From Torpedo marmorata (taxonomy: Eukaryota), in contig OZ360227.1 in assembly GCA_977017645.1 (NCBI GenBank), positions 113,150,001-113,214,000 of the forward strand: a DNA stretch of 64,000 nt. Reading direction: 5' to 3'. The notes below the pieces were generated by a model. That model was not told where the DNA came from, made no database searches, and saw nothing but the letters and a program-made list of their open reading frames with translations. Below are positions 1 through 11,871 of the stretch, piece by piece (position 1 is the first letter of the stretch; the number at the start of each line of letters is the position of its first letter). The translations under genes and the position numbers were made by a program.

Positions 1-249
1 ACCCACTGGACCTAATACTCTTCCCAACATGACAATTGGTGCTGCGAGCAGGGTTCAAAGAGTTTCGGCTGGACACACGTGGAGTCTTAACCATGTGGGA
101 GTGGAAGATCGTACTAACAATGTGGGGATTGTATTAGCAGATGTGTGTGTGGGCGTCTTGTCAGGTGCATGTGTGATTGTGTACCTGCTCACCAACAGGG
201 GCAGCAGGAGGCGACCCACAGATAGGAAAGGGACCCCAAGGTCGGATTA

Positions 250-1650
250 TAAAATCCCCGGTGGACCGATGATCGTCAGGCGTTCAGCCATTTGGCGGTG
301 TGGCTGGCAAGCCATGCCAGTCGATTGGGTCGACAGGTTGGACCCCCACAAAAAGAAGATAGTGCACCATGTGGTCTCCCACCTGGAGTTACTAGGGTTT
401 CCCGAGACCGGGGGAGCTGTGGGGGAGCCCTATGGTTACTGATATCCCTGTTTAGGCGCCAGTGGGGTATCACGTCCGAGTTAAGCAATCAGGGCTCTCA
501 GAAAGATAGGGAGATAGAATCCCTGCAACATCACTATTGTGAACTGCAAGAGGCAGTGCAGATTGCCCAAGGGCAAGGGATCAACTTAGAAATTAAAATT
601 ATGGAGGCAGCTTCCAAGCTGATTGAAACACAGCAGCTGCAAGCAGCTCGCTTGTCTGGCTCGCAGCTGGACTCAGGAAAAGTCCGAGCCATTGTCCAGC
701 GGGGGGAGGGGATCGACACGTGGTGGGGGGATGGGTATGTGTGGATGGATGGTGATAACCCTGAGGAAACTGTGTCCCACGACACACTTCTTCCTCCGTG
801 TGCCCGAGCCTTTACAAGCCCGAATACTGAGCACGCGGTCCCAGGTCTACCACGAGGGCACCCCGCCGACCCTCCAAAACAGGGAGGTAGCCGAAAATGG
901 GGGGACCTCGGGTGGGCACGTAGGTGGTCACTGTGAGTTAATGGAATCCCGGGACTACTATGCTAAGGGGCTAACTGGGCGAGGGGACCGATACCAACAG
1001 CGGTCAGGCGAAAACTTAGCCATGCCGCTGCTTCAGTTGGGAGACGAGGGGGCTCCCAATTCCCTTCTCTCTCATCGGGAAGAGAGCGCCCTGGGCGGTC
1101 TGTCTGACCAACAGATGATTGCCAACGCCTTGCGGGCGCCGCCAGAAGGGGTCGATGATGGCATCATACTGTGGGAACGGGTGGTGACTGCAGTCCGGGC
1201 CAGGCTCCCTGCCCTCCTAGAATGGGGCCTACATGGCCGGCCGCAGTGGCACACCATTGACGAGGGGACACCGGTTTTTAGGGAGTGGGCACTGATTGAG
1301 GGTATTTATGGGGGTGTCTGCAAGCACTACTTTCCAGGGTGCACGAATGTGACTGGTGCCTTGGCGGGCTATTAAGTCACCGCTGCACGCCCCGACCTTA
1401 TAGGGGTGGTCTTGTCCCTCATGGGGCTGGCGACCGTGAAAAAAATGTCCGGGAAGCCATTACCCTTCCCGAGGGATCAGAGTACACGGAGCGGGGAGCA
1501 CCCACTCAAGTTTGCAGGGCTGAGGCGAAGTGCGCCGACGTCACCCTGCCGGTGACTCACAGAGACATGTATGCTCTCTGGAGGGAGCATTGCGAGTGGA
1601 AGCCCCGTGGAGGTGGAGCTTCCCATGCGCTGCCCACTCTGACCTGGACC
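250..1650 (+). pseudogene. gag: Degenerate class III (ERV-L/Fv1-like) endogenous retrovirus gag
   Basis: Overlapping frameshifted ORFs 292-936, 623-1375 and 1339-1695 carry motifs in the same order as ERV-L gag: GGALWLLISL, a coiled coil, KVRAIV...DTWWGDGYVWMD (cf. KVRALIGKEWDPxTWxGDVWED), RYQQRSGENLAMPLLQLGDEG (cf. YRQKSGExxWxWILRVWDNG), QWHTIDEGTPVFREWALIEGIY (cf. PWFxVEEGIQRLREIGMLEWI) and VTHRDMYALW. Reference motifs are from memory. Confidence 0.7.
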
Positions 1651-2034
1651 AGCCTCCCCTCTGGTTCTCCCCCACCGGAGGTGGCCCCTGACTAATCTAT
1701 CTTTTGAGCTCTCCCAAACCACCCCCCCCCCTCCATAGGAGAAGACAACCCTTCAAGCTGTTCCTCTTCTCGATGTGAGGGGCTACGAAATGCTCATCAA
1801 AACAGACTGCTGCAATCCCATCACTGATTTCACTCACTACATCAGCTCGTTTTACCTGCAGGAGTTTTGTCACTTATTATGCACAGAACTTTCAAGCAGA
1901 CATACGACAGCTTTTGCCATGGAAACATCATCATTGATTGGCCATTCGACTGCATCTTTTGTTATGCACCTTCCAAGTACAGCCTTTGTAATGGACCTTT
2001 TATTTTTACTACACCTTGAGCTTTGGTATCTGCT

Positions 2035-2340
2035 CTGCAGCCGTATGTATGAATTGCTGTTTTCAAGGTGATCCGGAGCTGAGTGGAGAGCCAGCGATAT
2101 TGCATCTGCTGTGGAGTGATTGTGACGATAGGCGAATTGCAGTGGGTCCAGATCTTTGCTTAGGTATGTGTTAATTCTGGCCATGACCAGCCTCTCAAAC
2201 CATTTCATCACAGTAGAAGTTAGTGCTACTGGGCGGTAATTGTTGAGGCAGCTCACACTACTCTTCTTGGGTACCGGGATGATTGATGCCCTTTTGAAGC
2301 AGGTGGGAACCTTTGACTGCCGCAATGAGAGGTTGAAAAT
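2035..2340 (-). mobile_element. Rex1/Babar-type LINE RT fragment
   Basis: ORF 1870-2448(-) includes [41 protein letters not shown]...LDPLQFAYR. Confidence 0.85.
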
Positions 2341-2349
2341 GCCCCAGGT

Positions 2350-3895
2350 TGAAAATGCCTCAGGATGAATATACCTCAGGTTGCTGTGGGAAGTGAGGGA
2401 AGAGATAGCTGGGGCAGTGGCTATGATCTTTGAGTCCTCCTTGGCCACAGGGGACGTGCCAGAGGTTTGGAGAATGGCAAATGTGGTCCCCTTGTTTCAA
2501 AAAGGTAATAGGGAGAATCCTGGGAATTATAGAGACAGGTGAGTCTTACGTCAGTGGTGCGCAAACTATTGGAGAGGATTTGTAAGGATAGGATCTATGA
2601 GCATTTGGAGATGTACAGTCTACTCAAGGATAGTTAGCATGGCTTTGTGAAGGGAAGGGCATGCCTCATGAGCCCAATTGAGAGTTTTGAGGAGGTAACA
2701 AAATAAGTTGATGAGGGTAGGGCAGAAGATGTGGTCTATATGGATTTTAGTAAGGCATTTGACAAGGTCCCCCATGAGAGACTTGTTCAGAAAGTCATGA
2801 GGCATGGGATCCATGGAACTTTGTTTGTATGGATTAAAAATTGGCTTGCATGAAGAAAGCAGAGAGTAGTAGTGGAAGTAAAGTATTCTGCCTGGAGGTT
2901 GGTGATTAATGGAGTTCCGCAGGGATCTGTTCTGGGACCCCTACTCTTTGTGATTTTTATAAATGACCTAGATGAAGAGGCAGAAGGATGGGTCAGTAAG
3001 TTTGCAGATGATACAAAGGCAGAAGGAGTTGTGGATGGTGCTAAAGATTGTCGTAGGTTACAAAAGGATATAGACAGGATGCAGAGTTGGGCAGAAAAGT
3101 GGCAGATGGAGTTCAATCTAGATAAGTGTGAGGTGATGCATTTTGGAAGGACAAACTAGAAAGCTGAGTACAGGGTTAATGGTCGGTTACTTAAGAGTGT
3201 GGATGAACAGAGGGACCTTGGGGTCTAAATTCATACATTTCTCAAGGTTGCCGCGCAGGTTGATAGGATAGTTAAGAAGGCCAATGGGATGTTGGGCTTC
3301 ATTAATAGGGGGATTGAGTTCAAGAGTCATGTTGCAACTCTACAAATCTCTGGTGAGACCACACTTGGAGTATTGTGTTCAGCTCTGGTCACCTCATTAT
3401 AGGAAGGATGTGGAAGCTATGGAGAGGGTGCAGAGGAGACTTACCAGGATGTTGCCTGGATTGGAAAATGTCTTATGAGGCAAGGTCAGCAGAGCTGGGA
3501 CTTTTCTCTTTGAGCGAAGAAGGATGAGAGGAGGCTTAATAGAGGTCTACAAAATTATGAGAGGGAAAGATAGGGTGGACATCCAGCGCCTTTTTTCCCC
3601 AGGGCAGAGGACATATGTACAAAGTGAAGGGAGGGAAATTTAGGGGAGACATTAGGGTATGCTTTTACACAGAGAGTTCTGGGTACCTGGAATGCCTTGC
3701 CAGGGATGGTGGTGGAGGCTGCAACATTAGGGGCATTTAAGAGACCCTTAGACAGGCACATGGATGGAGGAAAAATAGAGGGTTACGAAGTAGGAAGGGT
3801 CAGTACTTTTTTTTAAAGGAATATATGGTTCGGCACAACACCGAGGGCCGAAGGGCCTGTACTGTGCTGTAGTGTTCTATGTTCTATATTCTATC
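2350..3895 (+). mobile_element. CR1 LINE, 5'-truncated and degenerate
   Basis: RT motifs GVPQGSVLGPLLF, SKFADDTK and LVRPHLEYCVQLWSP; 3' end gggccgaagggcctgtactgtgctg followed by a (ttctat) tail. Confidence 0.93.
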
Positions 3896-5672
3896 CACAA
3901 ACCCAATTGTCCCAGTAGATCCATTGTTTGCATGTGCTCCTGCCCAACTGAACTACTATCTCCTTACCTGTTTTGTCCCCCCCAGTCCAGTCCCTCCCCA
4001 CCTACATCCGCGATACCTCACATGCCCTCCATCACTTCAACTACTTCCAGTTCCCTGAACCTGACCACCTCATCTTCACCATGGACATCCAATCACTATA
4101 CACCTCCATCCCCCATACCGAAGGCATCAAAGCCCTTTGTTTCTTTCTCAACAACAGACTCAACCAGCCCCCTCCACCAACACCCTCCTCTGCCTGGCAG
4201 AACTTTTCTACACCACCAATAACTTCTGCTTTGAAGCATAGCACTTTCTCCAACTCAAAAGTATAGTCATGAGTACCTGCATGAGTCCCATCTATGCCTA
4301 CCTTTTTGTTGCTTATGTGGAGCAATCTATGCTACAAGCCTGCACAGGCAAGGCTCCTCAACTCTTCCTCTGCAATATTGATGACTATATAGGTGCCACC
4401 ACATGCACCCATGATGAGCTCATCAACTTTATCCACTTCCAACTTCCACCCCGACCTCAAATTCACTTGTTCCATCTCTAGCAAAACTCTCCCCTTTCTC
4501 GATTTCTCTGTCTCCATCTCAAGAGACAAACTTTTGGCAGAAATTTTTTACAAACCCACCATCTTCCACAGTTACCTTGACTACACCTCTTAACACCCTG
4601 TCGCCTGTAAGGAATCCATTCCTTTCTAGCAATTCCTCCGCCTCTGTCGCATCTGCTCCCAGGATGAGGCCTTCTATGCGATATAATCCGAGATGTCCTA
4701 CTTCAAAAAATATGGCTACCCCTCTACTACCATCAACTCAGACCTTACCTGCATATCCTCCATTTACCGCACATCTGCCATCGCCCCCTCCGCCTCTAGA
4801 TGCAACAAGGACAGGATTCCCCTTGTCCTTACCTACGACCCTACCAGCCTCCGCATCCAACATCTTCTTCAATTTCTGCCCCCGCCTATAACATGATTCC
4901 ACCAGCAGACACTTCTTCCCTTCTTCTCTCCTCTCTGACTTTTGCAGTGATCGCTCCCTCCCTTCCTACCAGTCGTCCCCTTGGTACCTACCCCTGTGAC
5001 CACAGGAAGTGCTACAATTGTGCCCATACCTCCTCCCTCATAACCACTTGGGGCACCAAACAGCCCTTCCAAGTGAAGCAATACTTCATGTGTGACACTG
5101 CAGGGGCCATCTCCTGTATCCGGTGCTCCCATTGTGGCCTCCTCTACATCGGAGAGACTGGACGTAGACTGGGAGATCGCTTCGTTGAGCACCTTTGCTT
5201 TGTGGCTGCAATAGCGGGAATCTCCCAGTGGCAATCCGTTTCAATTTCCCACCCCATTCCCATTCTGACATGTTTGTGCATGGTCTCATGCACTACCAGA
5301 CTGAGTCCACCCACAAACTGGAGGAACAACACCTGATATTCTGTCTGGCACCCTCCAACCAGATCGCATTAACATTGACTTCTATGATTTCCATTAGCCC
5401 CCCGCCCCCTCCGTCTCTCCCTTTTCCTATTCCAATATTTCCTTTCCTCCAGCTCTATCTCTCTCTCTCTCTTTCCCTATCCCTCGGTTTCCTTTCCTTC
5501 AGCTCTGCAATCATAGAGCTACCTCCCTTTCCTGATCAGTTCTCAGCTTTTCTCTTCTGCCCTCCTATCCATTTCCACCTCTAGCCTCTCAGCCTGTGCC
5601 CCTCCCTCAGCCCTTTCTTGCCTCCACCCCCCAACCTTTTATTCAAGCGTCTGCCTGTTTTTCGCTCATAAC
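3896..5672 (+). mobile_element. Penelope-like element (RT + GIY-YIG), degenerate; its tail resumes at 10783-10912 after an L1 insertion
   Basis: LPTYIRDTSHAL, FTMDIQSLYTSIPH, IDDYIG, LPFLD and the GIY-YIG motif LYIGETGRRLGDRFVEHL; pyrimidine-rich 3' region. Confidence 0.9.
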
Positions 5673-8600
5673 TTTTTTTTTTGAAAATTTTATTTGTATT
5701 TTTTAAAGCCAAACATATTATCAATAACAAAAATAATACATCATCAAATATAATATTCCTCTGTTGACTATTATACTAAAAAACAACAACAAAATTACAA
5801 ACAAAGGAAATCCCACCCACCCAATTCCCCCCTAAATGAAAGAAAAGAGAGGAATAGAATAAGAAAAGGTTGAAATAGAAAAGGAAAGAAGACGTTGGAG
5901 ACTCGTCGTCCACCCCGCAGGCTTAAATTACTTGGCATACTCGGATTTCTGAAGAGGAAATGGACATAGGTCCTGGAGGCAAGGGGGGGCCTGGTTATAG
6001 ATTTACAGCCATGTGTTGTAAATATGGAGTCCAAATCTTTAAAAATATATCATATCTATTTCTAAGTTTATAGGTAATCTTCTCAAGGGGAACACAGCTG
6101 TACATTTCCTCATTCCATCTTGTCATACCTAGATGGGAATCAGACATCCATGTGACCGCTATACATTTTCTGGCCACCGCCAATGCGATCTTCACAAATT
6201 TTATTTGAAATTTTTACAGGCTCATCTTAGGTCTTACGCTGGAGATATTGCCCAATAGAAATAATTCTGGGCGTTGTGGGAACTGAATTTCTGTAATTTG
6301 TTCTAAGAGTTTCCCTAAGTCTGTCCAGAAAGGTTTTACTTTGGGGCATGACCAGGTTAAATGTAAAAACGTACCTATTTCTTTGCCGCATCTAAAACAT
6401 TTATCTGATATTTCTGATTTAAATTTATTCAATTTTTGCGGTGTGAGATACAACTGGTGCAAAAAATTGTATTGCACCAGTCTGTATCTCACATTTATTG
6501 TGTTTTTCATACTGTCCCGACATAAGTCGGACCAGTTTTGTTCATTAATTATTATATCCAAGTTTGACTCCCATCTCTGTCTAGATCTATGTAGCCCCTG
6601 TTTAGGGGTTCCTTTTTGTAGTAAAAGATAGGCTGCTGAAATAAACTTCTTTGTGATCCCCTTTCGAATCAAAGTCTCCACTTCACTGCATCCCAATTTA
6701 TCCCTTAAGTAAGATCTCAGCTGGAAATAGCAGAAGAGTATTATTCATAATACCATACTTATTTTTTAATTGTTCAAATGACATAAGTTGTCCCTGCTCA
6801 TAGCAATCCTCAACACATCTGATCCCTTTCCGGGACCAGGCATCCAGGATCTTATTATCCATTGTAAAAGGTATACACCTATTTTTTTTTTAATTAAATA
6901 TTTTATTTAAAATTTTAAATCACACAATACACTGTATAAAATGCAAAATTATCAAAATACATGTGATATATTTTCTCCCCCACCAACCTCCCTCCCCACC
7001 CTAATCCTCCCACCCCTACTAATCTATAAAATAGAAAAGAAAAAGAGAAAAAAAAAGATATAAGGAGAATATCAATCTGAAAAAAGAACAACTATAAACT
7101 AATTTTATTGTGGAAAATAGGATCACCAGTCAGATCTGATATCCAGAGATCTTCAAATCCTTAAACCAACCGTTTTTATATATGGGCTACATGTTTTCAA
7201 AAAGAAATGATATTTATTACGTAAATTGTAAGTAATTTTTTCAAGTGGTATACATGAACGAAGCTCTGCATGCCACCTTTCTAACCCTAAGTCTACATCA
7301 GATTTCCAAGTAATAGCAATACATTTCTTAGAAACAGCTAAAGCAATTCGCAAAAATTCTATTTGATACATATTTAATTTCATCTTGGTACTAATTCTTT
7401 TAATATCTCCAAATAAAAATATCATAGGATCCATTGGGAGTGTAATTCTTAATACTTTGTCTAAAAACTTTTTAACTTTCAACCAAAAATCATATATCTT
7501 TGGACAAAGCCATGTAGAATGTACAAAAGAACATTCTTCTCTATTACATCTAAAACATAAACCTGATAGTGTCGGATTAAATTTCTTTAATTTTTTAGGT
7601 GTTAAATATAATTGATGGAAAAAATTATATTGCACTAATCTATATCTGACATTAATAATCTTAGTCATACTTAATTTACATAATTCTTTCCAATGTTTTC
7701 ATCTATTGTTACATTCAAATCTGATTCCAATTTTAATCTTGATTTGTGAATTCCTACTTTAGGCATTTTTCTCTGTAATAATCTATACATTTGAGAAATA
7801 AATTTGTTTACACCTCCATTAGTAACTAATAATTCCAGTTCACTTTGTCTTGGTAAAGTCAAACTATAACCCAACCTTTCAACTAAAAATGCTCTGATTT
7901 GATAATAAGCAAAAAATGTATTATTTAATACATTAAACTTATCTTTCATTCTTTGAAAAGTAAAAACTTTACCAGCTTCAAAACAATCATTTATTTTCTT
8001 AATTCCCTTTTGAAACCAAATTTTAAATAATTGTTTATCAACAGTAAATGGAATAAGTTTATTTTGGTATAAAGGCATTCTTCGCGAAATTAACCCTTTC
8101 CCTCCTATCTCCTTATCCACTCTATTCCATATTTCTAACAAATGTTTAAAAATAGGAGAATTTTTCCCTCTTGTTAGTACTAATTTAGAATTCCATTTAT
8201 AAATAACTTCTTCTTTCAAATCTTCTCCTATATTATTTAATTCTATTCGAATCCAAGCAGAAGATTTTGCTGAATCAAACATTTCATTAATAAATCTTAA
8301 TTGAGCTGCTTTATAATAATTTTGAAAATGGGGAAGTTGTAAACCACCCAATTCATAATTCCAAGTTAATTTCTCCATAGCTACTCTAGCCAACTTTCCT
8401 TTCCACAGAAACTTCCTAATAATTAAATTTAAATCTTTAAAGAATTTCTGAGGAATTTCATAAGGAATTGATTGAAAAAGATATTGAATTCTTGGAAAGA
8501 CATTCATTTTAATACAATTTACCCTTCCTATTAAAGTTATAGGTAAATCCTTCCAACTTTCTAAATTTTTTTAAATTTTCATAAATAATGGTATATAATT

Positions 8601-10782
8601 TAATTTATATAGATTAACTAATTTTGTGTCTGTCTTTATTCCCAAATATTTAATTCCTTCGTTTGACCATTTAAATTGTGTAATTTCTTTACATTTACTA
8701 TAATCCCCTTGTGTTAATGCCATAATTTCACTTTTATCAGAATTAATCTTATAACCAGATATCTCCCCATATTCTTTCAATAAAACATTCAATTGTATTA
8801 AAGAAGTAATAGGTTTTGTCATATATATCAGTACATCATTTGCAAATAAACTAATTTTATGCTCTTCTCTTCCAACTTTAATACCTGCAATCTTGATATC
8901 TTGTCTAATTAATTCTGCCAAAAGTTCAATTGCTAAAATAAATAATGCAGGTGACAAAGGACATCCTTGTCTTGTCGACCTAGTCAACAAAAATTTTGAA
9001 GAAATTTGTCCATTTGTAACCACTCTGGCGGAAGGCTCTTTATATATAGTTTTAATCCAATTAATAAATGTAGTGCCAAAACCAAATTTTTCCAATACTT
9101 TAAATAAATAATTCCACTCTAATCTGTCAAAAGCCTTTTCAGCATCTAATGTTAATACTAATGCTAATTCCTCTTTCTTTTGAGCCACATTTATTAAACT
9201 AATTAACCTAGCTATATTATCTTTTGAATATCTATTCTTAATAAAACCTGCTTGATCCACATGAATTAAATCTGGTAAATATTTAGCAAGTCTATTTGCT
9301 AATATTTTCGCCATTATCTTATAATCCACATTTAACAATGAAATTGGTCTATATGATTCTGTTTTCAACAAGTCCCTGTCTTTTTTTGGTATAACTGTTA
9401 TTATTGCATTCAAAAATGTTCCTGGTAGAGAATGAGTTTCCGTTATTTGCTTTAACACCTCCATATATGGAGGTATCAATAAATCTTTAAATTCCTTATA
9501 AAATTCTGGTGGGAAACCGTCCTCGCCCGGAGATTTTCCACTTGTTAAAGAACTAAGAACCTCATTAACTTCTCTCATCGTAAATGGTGAATCTAAAAGT
9601 TCCTTATTTTGAATATTCAATCTAGGTTTATTTAAGAGGTCAAATAATAAGTTATTCAGCAAAGGTTAAAAAGGAATATGTTCAGGAATTAGATAATTTG
9701 GAGAAGAAGATTGAATTTCTGGAGAAAGATTTACAAAAGAAGAGATCAGAAGAAAAGAAGAGGAATTTAATCGAAAAAAAATTGTATTATAATACGTTAC
9801 AAACTTATAAAATGGAGAAATTAATTGAAAGAACTAAGCAAAGATATTATGAACTGGGAGAAAGAGCACATAAAGTATTGGCATGGCAATTAAAGAAAGA
9901 ACAAACTTCTAGAACTATAAATGCCATAAAAAAGAATTCAAAGAAAACAACATATAAACCTCGAGAAATAAATGATTCTTTTAGGGAATTTTATTTAAAT
10001 TTATATAAATCTCAAACTGATAAAGATGATTTCAAAATTAATGCATTTTTATCTAAAATCAGGCATACACCTATTTTGAGCCAGGGACGTTTTTGGAGAT
10101 AACCTCCCCTTATTCCCAATTTGATAATTTATTTTATACCAGGTATCAATTATGTGTTTCAACAGGGGGGTTTCTTTCACACCGGATATTAATTTTTAAT
10201 CCCATTTGTATATAAAGTCTTCTGCTATCTTCTCTCCCACCTTATGCAGTTCCAACTTTACCCAGGAAGGCTTGTCTTCCCCTTCAAAGAAGGAGGTGAC
10301 AAATTTCATTTGGGCTGCCCAATAATATTTTTTGAAATCTGGAAGTTGTAAACCTCCCAGTTCATATCTCCATGTTAATTTTTCCGTGGAGACTCTGGCT
10401 ACCTTACCTCTCCAAATGAACTTCCTGATATATTTATTTAATTCTTGAAAGAACCCTCGAGGCAATGGTATAGGTAGTGTTTGGAAAAGATATTGGATCC
10501 ATGGCAATATATTCATTTTTATACAATTGACCCTGCCAATAAGTGTTATTGGCAGTGCCGTCCATCTGTTAAGATCCTCTTCAGCTTTTCTAAGCAAGGG
10601 GAGGTAATTTAACTTATACAAATCTTGTAAGTTGTTATTTGTTTTAATGCCTAAATATTTTATCCCATTTGCCGGCCACTTAAAATTTATATTCCTTTGG
10701 TATTGAGTATAATCTCCACCCGTAAGTGGCATAATTCACTTTTGTCCCAATTTATCTTATAACCAGAAATTTTCCCATAATC
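5673..10782 (-). mobile_element. L1 (outer copy, 3' part of ORF2), split by a younger L1 into 5673-6885 and 10061-10782
   Basis: Poly-T at 5673; ORFs 5995-6195, 6214-6696 (C-terminal CFRCGKEIGTFLHLTWSC) and 10196-10732 (IKYLGI); TSD tttcgctcat at 5660-5669 and 10783-10792. Confidence 0.9.
6886..10060 (-). mobile_element. L1 (inner copy) with 5' inversion; body on - strand 6886-~9630, inverted piece on + strand ~9630-10060
   Basis: ORFs 7153-7668, 7671-8507 and 8571-9662 (-) plus 9698-10102 (+); TSD agg(t/c)atacacctatttt at 6869-6885 and 10061-10077. Confidence 0.93.
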
Positions 10783-10912
10783 TTTCGCTCATGACGAAGG
10801 GCTCAGGTCTGAAAAGTTTGTTATTTATCTTTCCCTCCTATGGACACTGCAGGACCTGCTGCGATTCTACAATTAACTAGAATCACAGCATCTGCAAACT
10901 TTCTGGTTTCCA
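10783..10912 (+). mobile_element. PLE 3' tail with a decayed hammerhead-like motif
   Basis: tgacgaagggctcaggtctgaaa...gacctgctgcg...cagcatctgcaaact matches other PLE tails in the window. Confidence 0.7.
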
Positions 10913-10914
10913 TC

Positions 10915-11565
10915 AATGTCAGCAAGATAAGGATCTGATCATAGACTTCAGGAGGATGGATGCAGCTCTCACCCATGTCCACATCAATGGCACAAAACTG
11001 GAGACAGTAGAGTTCTCGGCAGTTAACATTTCCATTAACCTGATCTGAACCAATCATGTTGATGCAACAATCAAGAAATTGCAACAACACTTCTACTTTC
11101 TAAAAAGGCTAAGGAAGTTCTGCATGTTCTTCTATCTTCTAGAGGTGCACCTAGGAAAGAATTTTAGCTGAATGCATCACTGTGTGACCTGGGAGTTGCT
11201 CTACCCAAGATCGGAAGATCTTGCCACCTGAGAAATGCAGCCAAGATATTAAAGGACCCATTCCACTCTGGCCACACTCGCTTCTCCCTTCTCCCATCAG
11301 GATGAAAGGTTCAAAAGTCTGAAATCATGCATCAACAGATTCTTGCAGCCATCAGGCTCCTGAATGAACCTCACTATAATGATCTCAGATTGTCTTTGCT
11401 ATATACTAATTTACCTTTTCACTGTAACAGCATGCATTGTACCATAATTTTGCTCCTCTACTTTGTACCGCAGTACGCATATTAGAGTTCACTTGCTGAA
11501 CTGCTTGAGAAATGAACCATTCTTGCTGTACCAAGTATAACGGCAACAATAAACCTGAACTTATA
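10915..11565 (+). mobile_element. Old Rex1-type LINE 3' fragment
   Basis: Degraded homology to 57170-57735 (aaggaccc...ggccacactcgcttctcccttctcccatcagg, gccatcaggctcctgaa); ends in caataaacctgaac. Confidence 0.65.
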
Positions 11566-11780
11566 TCCAAACTCAGCTCATAGCAACCTCTACCCTCCAC
11601 TTACACCTTCAAAAACTTTAACTACTCACAAGCTTCGCCTGTGTTCAAACCACATCAAGACTTCCTTGTCATAGGTCAGCAACACTAATTCCTTGTTCCT
11701 AATACCTCCAATTTAATATTCTTACAGGTGTTTTCATCACCCTTGAGGCCACACAGTCACTTTTTTATTATTATTATTAC

Positions 11781-11871
11781 CTGGCTTTGCCAAAAAGAAC
11801 AAGATGTTTGTGTCAAAGTTTCTTTCAACCAACCAGTTTGGTGAAATACAATAATTTTCTGTAGTAAAATT
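11781..11871 (-). CDS. Candidate host exon (NFTTENYCISPNWLVERNFDTNILFFLAKP), product unknown
   Basis: atttcag acceptor and CAG/gtaata donor around a 91-nt open frame in non-repeat DNA; no recognisable homology. Confidence 0.3.
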
